A stretch of 64,000 nt of DNA from Eledone cirrhosa. Its lineage: Eukaryota. The notes beneath the pieces were generated by a model. The model was not told the DNA's origin. It did not search any database and worked only from the letters and a program-made list of their open reading frames with translations. The position numbers and the translations under genes were made by a program. Positions 1 through 15,796 of this stretch are shown here, in pieces. The DNA lies in the NCBI GenBank assembly GCA_964016885.1, contig OZ024740.1:153884001-153948000 (forward strand). The letters are read 5' to 3'. The first letter of the stretch is position 1, and the number at the start of each line of letters is the position of its first letter.

Positions 1-218
1 AAACTCCAATCACCAACACCAACACACAACCACAGACACAAACAACAACACAAACAACACCGCAGTCAAACATCCCCCTACCAGTAAAACCAACACCAAA
101 ACCACCCCAAACACAAGCACCCACCATAAAAAGAAAACTCCCGGGCGAACAACAAACTAAAACAACACAACAAAAACACAAACAACAATACGCATAGATC
201 AACACAAACTACAAGAGT

Positions 219-533
219 TTGATGGAGGTGATCGCCCCAAACCCCAAGGTGGAGACGGAGGGCAAAACTTTCGACAAAGCAGAATCGTCTCCACACCTAA
301 AACTAATAAGGGTTTTGATAGAAACCTATCAGAAATTGAAAAAACAGTTTTCGCAGGATGTTGGCAACCCCTGTCAAAATCCTTTTAACCGCGTCTTATT
401 AAAATGCTTCCCCACCCCACCCAACACCCCCACCAGAACTGAAATGGAGATTGAACAACCGATCTCCAGGAAACGAAAAGGTAAGTGCACCTTTTCGTCC
501 TTTTCGCCAAATCTTCTTCACCAACATGGCTAG
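219..533 (+). pseudogene. probable C-terminal end of LINE ORF1
   Basis: The ORF stop overlaps the ORF2 ATG at 526, and the upstream sequence is C/A-rich low complexity. No diagnostic motif was seen. Confidence 0.4.
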
Positions 534-3500
534 TTTACGAGTTGGAAGCCTGAATGTGCGTGGCCTAGGGATGCCCTGGAAACAGGGCCAACTTTTAAAC
601 GGCCTTAGGTCACACGGTATGGATGTGATAGCCATCACCGAGTCCAGGATCCACAACAGGCATCAACTAACCCCCATCTTCGACTTTGAGATCTACGCAT
701 TTCTCTGTCAGCCAAGAGGTGGAGGGGGAGTGGCTGTCAAATTTCGGAAGAACCTGGACGTCGAATTACAGCAAGTACACTTGGTCCCGGAGGGTAGACT
801 GGTAGTCCTAGACGTGAATAGTATTGGAGGTGGAGCCTTCAGACTGGTGGCCGTTTATGCTCCGACCAGGCAATCGCAATCACGGCCAGACTTCTTTAAG
901 CGTCTAGAGTCTTTTCTGGGAATGTCTCGCTCTTTACTTTTAGTGGGGGACGGGAATGGTGTCCTAGATGCACGATGAGACTATGTGGAGTATGTCCCAG
1001 TAGAGGGGGTGCAACAGCCTCAAAACTTTAATAGGCCAATGCCAACTGGTCGATAGGTATCGACTGGATTTCCCAACTGCACCACAGTGGACGTGGGAAA
1101 ACCGCAGCGGGACATCTAGATCGTATTTAGATAGGTTCTTCATTAGAGAAAGGGACAAAGAAATTTTAAGCTGTCCACGAATGCACATGGTTGCCTACTC
1201 AGATCACACATTAGTCGTCTGCTTAGTCAACCGTGATAGAATACATAGACAAGGACCCGGATACTGGAAGCTGAACGTGTCGTTGCAGGCACGTTAAGCT
1301 TACAGTGAACGGATAAGTAGACTAGTCAAGCAACAGTTAACGGGAGCCATCGTCAACAATAGATGGTGGTACTCTCTCAAGAAAGCAATTAGAGTAGAAT
1401 CGATAGAGATAAGCAGAGTTAGCCTTAGAGAGAAACAAAATAGAAAGAGAACTAGTAGCCAAGGTAGAAGAAGCACTTAGAAGTGGCAACACGGCTAGAG
1501 TGTTAGCGTCGAGAACGGCACTAGACCAGTGCTTCGACGTGAAACACGAAGGCTGCGTGGTCAGAAGCAAAACACGTGCTCAAGGAAACGAAGGAGCGAA
1601 AGTTGTCAGCTGGGCCCGAGTGGCGGAGGCAAAAAGTGGCAACAAGTCCACGAGTCAGTCTTTGAAAGACCAAAACAGACGCGTTCTACTTGACTCCAAG
1701 CAAATGTGCGCGGCCTTTCAGCAGCACTTTGCGCGACTGTTTGAGCAGAACGACGGTGAGCTGTACGGGGCAATGGACTTAAGTTCATACCTCGACGGCC
1801 TGTCGCGTCTCTCGAACACGGACGGCGAGTTCTGCGAAAGACCGATCACGGACACTGAGATACGGGATTCGCTGGGCCGCTGCGGGAAACGCAAGTTACT
1901 CGCTCTAGATGGTCTACCCTATGAGTTTGACATAGGAATGCCGGACTTGTCCTCTGGCGTCCTCGAAGCCGTCTCTTGCAATTGGCAGTAGAACGGGAGA
2001 ATTCCCAGTTCTGCAGGCAAGGGGGTAATAACCCTGATCAGGAAAGACGAGAACGAGGGGGACGAAATTAACAACTTCAGGGCCATAACTCTGCTCAACA
2101 CAGAGTTAACGATTTTGGCCAAGGTGCTAGCGACGAGGTTGGCGCTTGTCGTCGGGAACCTGGTAGGGAAAGCGCAAACGTGTGCAATCCGGACCAGGTC
2201 CATACACGACAACCTCCACCTCATGCGATACATCATAGAGAGAATGGGTAGTAAACCCGGCTTCCGTGGGGCTCTGATCAACTTGGATCAGTCTAAGGCA
2301 TTCGATAGGGTCGACCATCGATACTTGGAAGCGGCTCTCAAGGCGGCCGGTTTCGGTCCCGTGTTCAGAGGATGGATCGAGGCGATGCACACCTGCATCT
2401 GCTCGAGGGTCAAGGTGAACAGCTACCTATCGGAATTCTTCGCAATCACGCGTTCCATTCGACAGGGGTGCTCTCTCTCCTCCATTCTGTATGTATTGAC
2501 TCTAGATCCACTACTGCGGAAATTGGAGCTGTTGCAGGGCATCCCTCTAGAACCGGGACTGCGCAAAGCGGCGTCGGCTTATGCCGACGACGTGACGGTA
2601 ATGGTGTCGAGCACCTCAGAAATCGGGGTGATCGGTAACTTACTGAAAGAATGCGAAACGCTGACGGGAGCAAAACTAAACCCGGACAAGTCTGTCGGTT
2701 TGAAACTCGGTACGTGGAGAGGCAAACCGATGACGTCCGACAGCGTCGTTGGACGCTGGACGGACAGACCGGTAAAATTGTTCGGGGTCTGGTTCGGTCC
2801 AGACCTCAAGGTGGAGAAAAACTGGAACGAGGTCACGGCCAAGGCGTTTGCACTCACCCAGAAGTGGGCAGAGTGCAAACTGTCCTTGAAAGGTCGAGCG
2901 GAGGTGGCGAACACTTTCATAGCGTCCGTCATCTACTACCGCTTGACTGTCGTGCCTTGTCCCCGTGAACACCTCGCCAAGATGGAACGCATGCTCTTCC
3001 AGTTTCTGTGGAAAAAGCAGGCTCCGCTGTTGAGGAGATCCGTCTGCTGTCAGCACCCTTTCAACGGAGGGCTGGGAATGCCGTGGCTGATGATGCGCAA
3101 ACATGCACTGAGGCTGCGGCATCTCCAGGTATTCCTCACCGACCCCCAACCGGTGTGGGTACCGTTTATGAGACAGGCTGCAGTCCTGGGTCAAGAAAAG
3201 ACCGAAAATGATGGGCGTCTGGCATTGAATGCGCTCAGGCGCTCACAGTCCTCTGGCAAGCGGGCGCAGCAATCAGTGGAGACTCCACTTCGACATTCTA
3301 TAGAGGGATTGTACGTTACAAGGGCGACGACGAGCTCTGAGAGACTCTGGGCGTCGAAGACGAGGAGCTCACCAGTCTGTTTGGTAGGACTTTCGCCCGG
3401 GACCTATGGACAACTTACAGAGGTCCCTGACCTGGCAGTGCTACCGAGGAGCTCTACCGGTTCGTGACAAGATCTACAGGCACGGACGCCCGGCAGGGAT

Positions 3501-3931
3501 CCTTCCAAGAGGACGTGTACAAGATGCGCGCAAGACATTGAAACAGTCCTGCACGCAATTGTACACTGCCCGGGCGTAACCATCCTGTGGAACTATCCAG
3601 AACAACTGCTGTCGCGTATAGGACAATCCAGTTGACTTCCGAGTCCATAGTAAGGATCAAACCTCCAGCCTCTTTCAAAAACGAAAGAGAGGCGCTTTTC
3701 CTCTGTACGGTGGATATGGTGAAAGAAGTTATATGGTGGACGCGATTGAGAGGACTGAGGACAGATGCCTTTCTCTCCGGACAACAATTGATTCCCTTCT
3801 TTAAGTATCACTTTAGAAGGAGAATCACAGTGGAGAGAGAGGCACTGCACCCCAGTAAATTTACTGAAAGGTTGGCGAATGAAGCGAAAATGGCCCGAGT
3901 GATTGGGCCTTCTCTGTTTATAAGCCTGTAG
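526..3931 (+). pseudogene. LINE ORF2 (AP endonuclease, reverse transcriptase, CCHC knuckle), with stops and frameshifts
   Basis: APE motifs: SLNVRG, ITES, AVYAP, VGDGN, SYLDR, YSDH. RT motifs: LDQSKAFDRVDH, IRQGCSLS, AYADD. CTRC..ETVLHAIVHC near 3510-3570. Confidence 0.92.
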
Positions 3932-4163
3932 GTTGAAGAAGAGAGCAAAAGGAAGAAAAGAGCACTTGCACAACACGCTCCTGGAGTTGAAGGTTGTTCT
4001 ATCGACGGGGTATTAAACAACCCATTTGTAACGCTTCCCCACTGTTGGGGATTTCGATTGTTGTAATTGTTTGTTTTTATATTTTTTACACGACTGTATG
4101 TAAATCCCTGGAATGTCTTTGTATTGTCCCCTTTTCTTGTGCGCCCTTGTGGCAAATAAAGAA

Positions 4164-4215
<52 letters not shown>
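4164..4215. repeat. (TATC)n microsatellite
   Basis: Read directly from the sequence. Confidence 0.95.
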
Positions 4216-4216
<1 letters not shown>

Positions 4217-4378
4217 ATATTGCACACTTTTTCGGGGGTGTGTGCAGCCCCCATCACGTCCCCTCCCTTTTGAGGTTGTTTTTGATTATTTTTATTTGAT
4301 ACCCTTTTTACTCGGTTTTATGTAAACTCCCCCTTTGTATTTGCCCTCTTTTTATACCTTTATGGTAAATAAAGAAAT
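4217..4378 (+). mobile_element. 5'-truncated 3' UTR-only copy of the Tx1-like LINE
   Basis: ttgcacactttttcgggggt...aaactccccctttgtatttg...aataaagaaa matches the 3' UTR at 42915-43092. Flanked by (TATC)n on both sides. Confidence 0.8.
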
Positions 4379-4757
4379 ATATCTATCTATCTATCTATCT
4401 ATCTACCTCTCTATCTATCTATATATCTATGTATTTATCTATCTAAGTATCTGCTTGTGGTCTTTGCTCCGGCTCTCTGGACCCTTAGTTCGAAACACGC
4501 CGAGGTCAATTTTGTCTTTCATCGTTTCACTATGGAAAAAAAGTACCAGTCCAGTACTGGGATCTATTCTTCATCTATATCATTTTCTCATATCCTTTCT
4601 ATTACTCATTTTGTTTCGTTTGGAAGAAATCGGCTGTGTTCAGACCTAGAAAGGAGATGAGTTCCGCTGGATTTCAAAAATGCCCAAGAAACACTGCAAA
4701 GCACTACGGCACCCATTCGATTCTATTAGGTGTTACTAGTAGATACATACATACACA

Positions 4758-4835
<78 letters not shown>

Positions 4836-4836
<1 letters not shown>

Positions 4837-5046
4837 CGAAGGAAATGTGGTAAGGAACCAGATGGACCATAACGCACCAAAGTACTCAATACTTGGGGTA
4901 TTAGAGTGGGTAATAGGAACGAGTAGTACCCCGACGGCTGAGACGGCTGAGCTCAAGCCGTTTCGACAGCTAATTCTGGACTAAATTTTTAGTCCAGAAT
5001 TAGCCGTCGAAACGGCTTGAGCTCAGCCGTCGGGGTCCTACTCGTT

Positions 5047-5050
<4 letters not shown>
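4836..5050. repeat. family A short fold-back element between (TA)n tracts
   Basis: Inverted arms at about 4913-4984 and 4989-5050. Related copies at about 19935, 25735 and 30481. Confidence 0.85.
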
Positions 5051-5100
<50 letters not shown>

Positions 5101-5157
5101 ATTATATTATTTATATTATAATATATATAACTTCCGTACATATACAGATATATATAC

Positions 5158-5720
<563 letters not shown>

Positions 5721-6093
5721 TACATATATACGTGTGCAGTGGTGGTGGTGGTTGTGGTGTGTGTGTGTGATATTGCAGCAATTACTAATTAATATAATGT
5801 TAAATGCTGCCTTTGTTGTGAAACTACTTCTACTATTGTATATACAAATTTCTAAACTTAATCATGTGACGTTATGAAGACTGTAGACTAAACTCACTCA
5901 CCTTTGTCTGTAATGTAAGCTATTTCTAACATAAATGTAAGGGCAGCTATGTAATTAACATTTCCACCTAGTTTCATAGATGTCTTGTTGTTTTCATCTC
6001 CATTTAATTGCTACTCTGCTCTATACAGAACACTGACTTATTTACTGAGAACTTTAGAGATATAATGCCATTTTGTTCCAGGAGCAGGAACCG

Positions 6094-6104
6094 TAGTAAT
6101 AGTG

Positions 6105-6193
<89 letters not shown>

Positions 6194-6240
6194 TGTTTGT
6201 GGTGGTGGTGGTGGTGGTGTTGGTGGTAGTAGTAGTAGTG

Positions 6241-6308
<68 letters not shown>

Positions 6309-6352
6309 GGTGGTGGTGGTGGTGGTTGTAGTAGTAGTAGTAGTAGTAGTAG

Positions 6353-6417
<65 letters not shown>

Positions 6418-6525
6418 GGTGGTGGTTGTAGTAGTAGTAGTAGTAGTAATAGTAGTAGTAGTATTTGTAGTAGTAGTTGCTGTTGTTGTTGCTGTTGTTG
6501 TTGGTGGTGGTGTAGCTGTTGTTAT
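6094..6525. repeat. compound (TAG)n/(TGG)n/(TTG)n trinucleotide microsatellite
   Basis: Read directly from the sequence. Confidence 0.95.
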
Positions 6526-7261
6526 TGCGTTATTAGCCGTATCTGCAGGGGCTACACCTATATATGTGCTCAGACCCTACGATGGCTAGAGAATTGTGTG
6601 CAAGGAATGAATTCCAAAGGATCGACATTCTGTTTAGAAAATACTAGACGTAGTGGTTAGTACGTCTCTGTGGGTTGGGGCCACAATATGGATTTCGAGA
6701 GGCTAGAGAGTTGTCAATGACTACGCGGTGATGGCAAGAGACCAGCCAAGTACGCAGAGTAGAGGTTACAATAGTAACGTGAGTAAAAGCTGAAAGAGAA
6801 GAAACCGTCAGGACCAGTGCCTCGGTATCTAGTGCCCTAGGTTTTTCCTACAATGTACGGCCTCGTCTCCAGGTTTTGCGCTTTTTTCACCCACAGATTT
6901 TTAACCTACACTTTGGCATGCTGAGCAGCATAGCTTTGATACTTCTTCACTAAAAAAAAAAGACTAAGCCTGCATTTTCTACCTCATAGTCCACACTCAC
7001 CCAAGCCATATCATATGACAGGTCATTAAACTATATGAACCTCTTCACTTCTTTGAATATTTCTACAACGCTGCTACACAGTGGAAATGTTTAGTAATAT
7101 GTTTATTAATAGCCGGATAAAATTATATATTTAGTAATATATTTAGTTTATAAAACTGTGATACTTTAACATTTAGTAATGCACATTTCTGAGCTCTGCG
7201 CCCTAAGTGACTGCTTAGTTGGCCTTATGGTAGCGTCGATCCTGGAAACAGTACGTCTGTT

Positions 7262-7432
7262 GGCTGGGCACTGAAGTGTATGTTTTCGGCCCTAGGGCTA
7301 CCTCTCTACTCACCATTATAGGCGGTGCGCTGGCCAGCCGCAGGTGTGAACCCCGCGAGTTGGAGTGGCTTTTCCAGCGCGTCTCTCTTGCCGTCCTCCG
7401 TTGGAACGCCTTCTCCATCCTGTCCGCCGGGG
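7262..7432 (+). mobile_element. 3' fragment of a CRE-like non-LTR element (end of restriction-like endonuclease)
   Basis: VFGPRATSLLTIIG...ELEWLFQRVSLAVLRWNAFSIL. Paralogous to 10130-10280. Confidence 0.7.
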
Positions 7433-8825
7433 CTGTGTGTGTGTGTGTGCGTGGGTGGTGGGTGGGTGGGGGGAATCGCGTAATATTCCACATTTAGGTA
7501 TCCAGATTATTGATTCCTCTTTTTGTGTGTATGTATATGTATATGTTTATGCAGTGTACCCTCGGTATTCATGGTCCCTGTTATTCGCAGAATTTTCCTT
7601 AGAACCTAATTAATAATTGTTAGTGGCAGTTCTATGAATGTTATCTACCATGATTCTATAATCATTTATTATGATTAGTAGCACTTTCCTTGGTGTGAGT
7701 GCAATTCTCCATTGTGTGTCTCATCTGGGGTTTGTATAGAGTCAGTAATTGTTGAAGACAGAAGTATTTGTTGATATTGCTGCTGCTGTTTAGCCACCGG
7801 CCAGTCCTGGTCGAAGAAAATATGATCGAAGACATCTAGCGAAATCTACTTACTGTTTATTCAAGATCTATAGTATCTTGGACTACACCATCTAGTGTTT
7901 CTTTCTTTTTTATTATTAGACAAGTTGGGGGACTTTAAGTGCTTGGGTGATATTTATAATAGGTAGAATGACCGGTTTAAGAATCCCTCATTGACATTTG
8001 ATGTTATCGAATTACCTGTTCTTTAGCAAATTCAAATGCAGAAGAGACTACGGTAGGTCATAGAAGATACATACATTTCTAAGAAGCAGCAAAGTCGAAT
8101 CTAATCAGGAACCTCATGACTGCGAAGTGAACTTCATTGCTATTTTTCTGTTTTTTTTTTGTTTGTTTTTTTGTTTTTATGATAAAAGTTTGTAGCTTTT
8201 CTTCAGTGAATATTTATTCATCATTTCAAATTGGTCATTTACGATGTCTGTTGATGTAGTTCTTTGTCAGATTCCAAATAAAGTTCTTAAATGTTATTGA
8301 AATCGATTTTTCTGTGATGTCAAAATTACGTTTGTATTTTAGACATGTTTAGTGCTATTATGTTTTAATTGATGTCAACCGAAAATACCGTCTGGAATAG
8401 TTAGAAATTACGAAGGAAAAAAAAACTTGTGGTTATGCAATTTTTAAGAACATTTTCTGTAGTTTGTACAATACTACATTCCCCTCTATTTTAAGATGGA
8501 TTTTCTGCGTTGATAAAGTATAGGTCCCTCATGGCATTGCATGTTTGGTTCTTTCTAAGAACTGGCACTTTATATTACATTAACTCTTTTCCATCCATAT
8601 CTGTGTGGAAATAAGCAGTACAGAATTAAATTTCTAGGAAGTGTAACATCTATTCTAGAGAACATGTGACATATTCGCAATCTATTAATTAATTACAACA
8701 ACATTTGGAGCATAATATGAAATGAACAATTATAGTTTATATTATAATTATAGAATGGCAAGTTGAGGCCAATCTACGTTGTTCAATCCACTCAGATGGA
8801 AAAAATAGTTGTACATGTAATTTAA

Positions 8826-9040
8826 AAGGCAGTGCATTAGCAGTATAGGTAGAGAGTTGGGCAACACGCTTTGCGGTATTTAGTTACAGCTCTATACGTT
8901 CTGCTTTCCTATCAGGCTGAGGTTAGCTTTGCCTTTCGGGGTTGATAAAATAAAGTACCAGTAATGCACTGGGGTAGATTTAATCGACTTCCCCCTCCCC
9001 CAAAATTGTTGGCCTGCTGCCTAAATCAGAAATTATTATT
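8826..9040 (+). mobile_element. tRNA-derived SINE (Meta-like central domain)
   Basis: Box A-like head, then ctttgccttt..gataaaataaagtaccag, and an ATT tail. Matches many other copies in the window. Confidence 0.8.
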
Positions 9041-9879
9041 ATTCAATAACATAAAGTACCAGTTAAGTACTGTAGTTCATATAATCGACTTTCTCCCTTA
9101 CCCAAAATTGTTCGTCTTATGTCAATGTTTGAAAGAATTATTTGTATTCGTAGCTAGTTAAAATGAACCGTGAAAGCGCATCGTTTAGTGGTTTAAGTCC
9201 GATTCACCGTGGTGCGTTGTAGCTTTCATCAAGTGCTTTATTTCACGTTGCTCCATCCACTCCCCTAGAAAAATCAGTTGCACTTGTTATTCAAAGAGAG
9301 AGCTATATTACAAACTGGTCACATCGAATCTCCCTGAGACCTACGTTAATTTCACGAGTAAGTTGTTCGGTTGGTCTAAACAACTGGAACACTTGTCGTC
9401 GAAACCGACGGAAGTCCCAATCACACACTAATAATATTATATTGCTTGCAGCTTTATAAATGACTTGATATTTAAGGTTTATCCAATGCTCGGTATATTT
9501 CCAACATCTAATACAGTTTAAATTAAACAAATTACAATCATAAAATTGAATAGCAACGGTCAATGAGAAGCTTTACATCATGTTTATCGGATGTTAATTA
9601 ATACACTTGCCATTCTGTTTCTCCAGTTCCATGCATAAAACTGTCATAAATGAGCGTAATTATAATTTTTCTCATAATTAAGCACGGTTGAACAAATCAA
9701 ATTATTAAAACGTATTATAGGCTAACCATTCCCATTAAATCAAATCAGGATTTTTTAACAAATACGCAACATTTTATTGTGTACATTTTATCAATTTCAC
9801 GTTATGCTGTTAAATAAATATATACCACACAACAAGTTTAAATTAATATTGTTACGTTTTCAAAGTTAGAACAGAAGCA

Positions 9880-10290
9880 TGGCTTGGATGCTGCAGGCTT
9901 CCCCTCCCAGCTCGAGCCGGTGGGCTGGACCGAGGGGACGGAAAAGGGCCAGACGGTATGACCATCGCCCCGTTCCACGGTGGTAAAACCCTCGTCTGGG
10001 ATGTCGCTTGCAGCGACACATTCTCCAGCCGCTACCTGGTGCAGTTTGCGACTAACCTAGGCTCTGCTGTACTTCGGGCTGAGGTGGGTAAACTTTCCAG
10101 GTTTGCGGTCGAGCCCCTAGCAGTGGAGACTTCTGGTGTCCTTGGCCCTAGGGCTACCTCCCTACTTACCACCATAGGCACTGAGCTGGCTAGCCGCAGG
10201 TGTGAGCGAGATGGAATGGTTCTTCCAGCGCATCTCCCTTACCATCCTCCCGGGAAATGCCTTCTCCGTTCTGTCCGCCGCGACTGTGGG
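9880..10290 (+). mobile_element. CRE-like non-LTR retrotransposon, restriction-like endonuclease fragment
   Basis: KRPDGMTIAPFHGGKTLVWDVACSDT...AE..K...PLAVETSGVLG...RGNA, a PD-(D/E)xK-type RLE pattern typical of CRE-clade C-termini. Confidence 0.75.
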
Positions 10291-10495
10291 GCGGCCAGCA
10301 CGTGGGACCCCATTTCCTCATAATAAGAGATGGGGAGGGTGAGACAGATGGAGGCGATGACAGTGGGAGTTCGGCTCTTCTGTGTTCGGTCCTGGTGTGC
10401 AGCGTTAGTTGTCCGTAAGGAGGTAGTGATTCAAATATATATATATATATATGGAATTAGTATTGGGGCTCTGAAACAGCGATGTATGTATGAAT

Positions 10496-10636
10496 GTACG
10501 TATAGTATATTTGATGATATACTGTATGTTTAAAAACATTTTGAAGACCATTCACTACTTTAAAACTCATAGCGAATGGTCTTCAAAATGTTTTAAAATA
10601 AACATACAGTATATTATCAAGTATACTATACGTACA
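10496..10636. repeat. isolated fold-back inverted repeat (about 63 bp arms, 12 nt loop) between TA tracts
   Basis: tgtacgtatagtatatttgatgatatactgtatg...ttttgaagaccattc pairs with gaatggtcttcaaaa...catacagtatattatcaagtatactatacgtaca. Confidence 0.85.
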
Positions 10637-11444
10637 CCTACTTACTTAAATATACAACGTCCGACCACTTCCAATTTATATAGTAGATATATATATAATA
10701 TAAGATCAAAAGAAAACTTCAGATTTGCAATGCTGTATATCAGGAGAGAATATTTAACTTGAGTGAATACCACATATTAGTGGAACTGAAGGGAGTCAAA
10801 CGTAAACTATCAACTTGGCAACTCAGAGAATGTTTATTATCAGACACTCACACTCTCTCTCAACTCTTGTTCTTTCTCTCCCTCTCCCTCCTTTCTCTCT
10901 TTGTTTCTTCTCAGAATTTGCTAACTTGTTCTACGAGAAATATCGTGAAGGCCAATTCGCATTCTTTGAAAATGGAGAAGATTTAAGCTAGAAATTATCA
11001 TTCCCTTTTCAAAGAGTAAAAAAAAGAATGAGTGAATGCTACAGCCTATTAACAGATGGATTGAATTGTGGCAGAGTACAAACTGGAAATAAAAACTTAA
11101 GGTAAATAACGTCATTGTTAAATGTTATCCTGCAGTTTTGTGTAACATAAACTGAATTTACTATTCTTTACAGTTGCTTAAGTAACATTACTAGGTATTA
11201 GTGAATTCATGCAATGCTGTAACATTTAGGCTTTCTTTTTAACAATGATTTTGAATGAAATCAGGATCTAGAGCGGACGGTTCTACTAAATAAAATTCTT
11301 CATAAAATTTATATCGCCTTCCAGGATTAACCTTCTAAATTAGGGATTTCCAATATTTTTAAATCAGTCACGTCTACAAGGAATCTTTAATCCCTCATCG
11401 CGCCCAGACATGTACCAAAGTAAGTAAATAAATAAATCAGAAAT

Positions 11445-11850
11445 CTCAGCATAGAGTTATGACCCTTTACGTTCTGAGTTCAAATCCCGCCAAGGTTAGC
11501 TTTGCCTTTCATCCTTACGGGATCGATAAAATAAAGTACCAGTAATGCACTGGGGTCGCTTTACTCGACTTTCTCCTCTCCCCAAATTGCTGGCCTTGAG
11601 CCTATAGTAGAAATCATAATTTTACGTATTTTCAATGCTGTAGATAGTCATTAGAACGTCAGACCAATGCATTGCAGTATTTAGTTACAACCCTTCGTGT
11701 TTCGAGCTCAAATTCCGCCGATGACAATTTTGCTTTTCATACTTTTAAGGGTCGATAAAATATGATGTCAGTCAAGTTATGCAGTCGATTAATCGACCCC
11801 CACCCCCATTAAAATCACTGGCCGTGTGCCTAAACTAGAAATCATTATTT
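11445..11850 (+). mobile_element. two tandem tRNA-derived SINE copies
   Basis: Each has a gagttcaaatccc-type box B, a gcctttcatcc..gtcgataaaa core and a ggcc.tg.gccta..agaaatcat tail. Confidence 0.85.
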
Positions 11851-12194
11851 TATGTATTTTCAGTAAATATACACATATCAGGTTTCATCCAAAGGTTTAA
11901 TCGAACTCCTGAATAATACCATCGACGCCTAAGGATCGATGACGACTATTTTGTTGTTCCCTGTTCTACCTGTATCAATCACATCGGCTTGTAGTGTATA
12001 TATCAAATATAAGGTAAATATATATATAGCGGAAGACTTATATACGTTTCCATTATCCTCTATTTATTCATGCAAATTTAGTTATGTATATCTTTCATAT
12101 ATGCAGTTGAATCCATAAGTATATTATACTTTCATTCACTACAGGAATAAACATCAGGGACACCGTTAGCGAAAGCATTCTTCCACCTATCTTC

Positions 12195-13239
<1,045 letters not shown>

Positions 13240-13472
13240 TCTCTCTCACATACACATACATACACACTCACATTTATTATTACTATTCTTTTATTTATTT
13301 TATTTATTTATTTACTCATTTATTTATTTCAAAAAAGCACTCTGGCTAATTGACCACTCCCCAAAGAGAAAACGGCCTGTGCCATGAAGTGGTCCCGTGT
13401 ATCTAAATACCCCCCCCCCCCCTCCATTACCACTATCTAAATGTATAAATACCAGAACTTAATATGACACCC

Positions 13473-13523
13473 AGCTTCCTGAAGATTTCATCTGAATGAA
13501 ACAGTACTAGTCCTGTAGAAGCT
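13473..13523 (+). ncRNA. type I hammerhead ribozyme motif
   Basis: AGCTTC CTGAAGA T TTCA TC TGAA T GAAA CAG TACTAGTC CTG TA GAAGCT. Has a 6 bp helix I and a canonical core, with predicted cleavage after GUA at 13517. Confidence 0.85.
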
Positions 13524-13716
13524 CCTTCTATAAAATAAAAAAATTTACTCTGCCATGTATTGAGTACCTTACTTACTGTGGTTATCCCCGACTCAACCCG
13601 GGACCTACGTATACACATATATATATACATAGATATATATGTATATATATATATACATACATATATATACATACACACACACATATATATAAATATATAT
13701 ATGTATATATATATAT

Positions 13717-13756
<40 letters not shown>

Positions 13757-13790
13757 AAGAACACAAGAGCGTCTACAACATCAACAGATT

Positions 13791-13850
13791 TTTTATTGGC
13801 TTACAATGTTTCTTCCTTACGTAACCGTAGGATTCGTCAGAGCTATAAAA
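13791..13850 (-). ncRNA. type I hammerhead ribozyme motif
   Basis: Minus strand reads TTTTATAGCT CTGACGA A TCCTACG GTTA CGTAAGGA A GAAA C ATT G TA AGCCAATAAAA. Confidence 0.8.
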
Positions 13851-15086
13851 GGGGTTTGATTGGTGTTATGGACTCTACCAACCAAACATTCAAGAACAAA
13901 GAGTAAAGAGAGTAAAGAGCAAAAGTAGGGGACGATAAGTCTATATTTAAGACACCCGGCATTGTCCGTGAAACAGATGTCTCAGCTCGTACTCAATCCT
14001 GGTACTTCTACATAGATATATTAATTGAAACAACAACGTATCTATTGTGATACACGGTTAGAAAAATGTATTACATTTGTCAAAATAGAGGCAAGCAATT
14101 CTCAGTGAATAGCTGTATAACACACAGTATTCTTTGGTTTTAGATCTTGATCGTTGTTCCTGGCTTCTCACACAGGAATATCCGTTATGTAACAGAGTAC
14201 ACAGTCATTCCCTGTATTATAGAAGGTATAAGAATAAAGCAACTTATCTTATGTCCTTCTCATTGAAAAGATGTATGCCTATGCAAAGTTTCCACTACTT
14301 AAATGTCAAAATGTTGCCTACAATTTAGAAAATATAAATATACTTTCACATTTATATATGAAGAATATCGTATATATGCATTTATTCATCTACGTGTTAA
14401 TTTATTTGCTTCTATAGTTAATATATTCTCAAGTAAAGTCGTACCAGGCTACACTTCTATATATTCGAGAACTTGTTCATTGATCGTTACATAATTTTGT
14501 TAATCCTTTTGGGCTGGTATTTTCTGCTTCTCTATTAAAATACTTGTACAAAGTTTGCCTTGATTCTTTGCTTACGTAAAGTGTAAACTTGGAACTCATT
14601 AAGGACTTCTGATAGCGTTAAAAATGTGTGTGTAGAATCCGATAGACTGTAGCAACAAAAAGGATTAATAATTTGGAATTTGTCGGTTATAACGTGGTGA
14701 AAGGAGGAAAGGTCTTCTCAAGTTGCCAAATGATATAAAGTGTGTTACTCATCCATCGTAATCACGGATTACATCATACGAAGTGTTTTTACATGAAACA
14801 AGCTGAGAATTTTATATATATACTTACTACATACCGTTGTGATATCAAAGACCACCACAGTGAAATACTTACAACATGTTCAAATATAATTATATACTTA
14901 GATATAACGAAAACATAACTGGTTTTTTTATAAGCACATATCACATGAGCTTAAGTAAACATGCATACATATTCGTACGTTCAAAGGATAGAGACTAGGC
15001 TGTCTTTATCTCTGTCTCTCGCTCACACACACATACACATATATTTATGCATACACACAAACACATACACACGCGCGCGCACACAT

Positions 15087-15148
<62 letters not shown>

Positions 15149-15277
15149 GTTTCAGTAAAGCGTCGGACATGTTTTGCAGCATATTGTTACGGTCCTTTAT
15201 GTTATGAGTTCAAATCTAACCACAAAGTGTAGTGGTCCCAAGACAGTTCTCTGTAGTACACCACTTGTTATTGACGT

Positions 15278-15358
<81 letters not shown>

Positions 15359-15372
15359 CACATATGTGTATG

Positions 15373-15425
<53 letters not shown>

Positions 15426-15796
15426 TACCACTCATCGGGCGCCTTTCTGTTGGTAAATGAATGCAAGTCTGTTCTGTAATGTATCTAACGATATATACAA
15501 ATGTTTAAAGAGAACTATTTTTTCAAGTAAATGATAGGACGTATCTCGTCTTGCGGTTTAGTTTAGTTTGTTACTTAAAAAAATAGTGACCGACAACTGA
15601 TATAAACAAAAATGGGAAATGGAGCTATAATTGTTTCTACTTTTTGCACAAGGCCAGCAAATTACCCAGTACACTACTGGTACTCTATTTTATCGACCCC
15701 GTGAGACATCATTAAAACAAACTAATACATCAGATTCCATGAGATTCGAACCCGGAGCGATTTTCAAATAAGACATTTGTATTTTATTATTATCGA

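Larger units (their letters stand above)
1..4163 (+). mobile_element. Tx1/L1-clade non-LTR retrotransposon, decayed, running off the left edge of the window
   Basis: Has a putative ORF1 tail, a disrupted ORF2 (APE, RT, CCHC) and a 3' UTR ending AATAAAGAAA, directly followed by (TATC)n. Confidence 0.9.
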
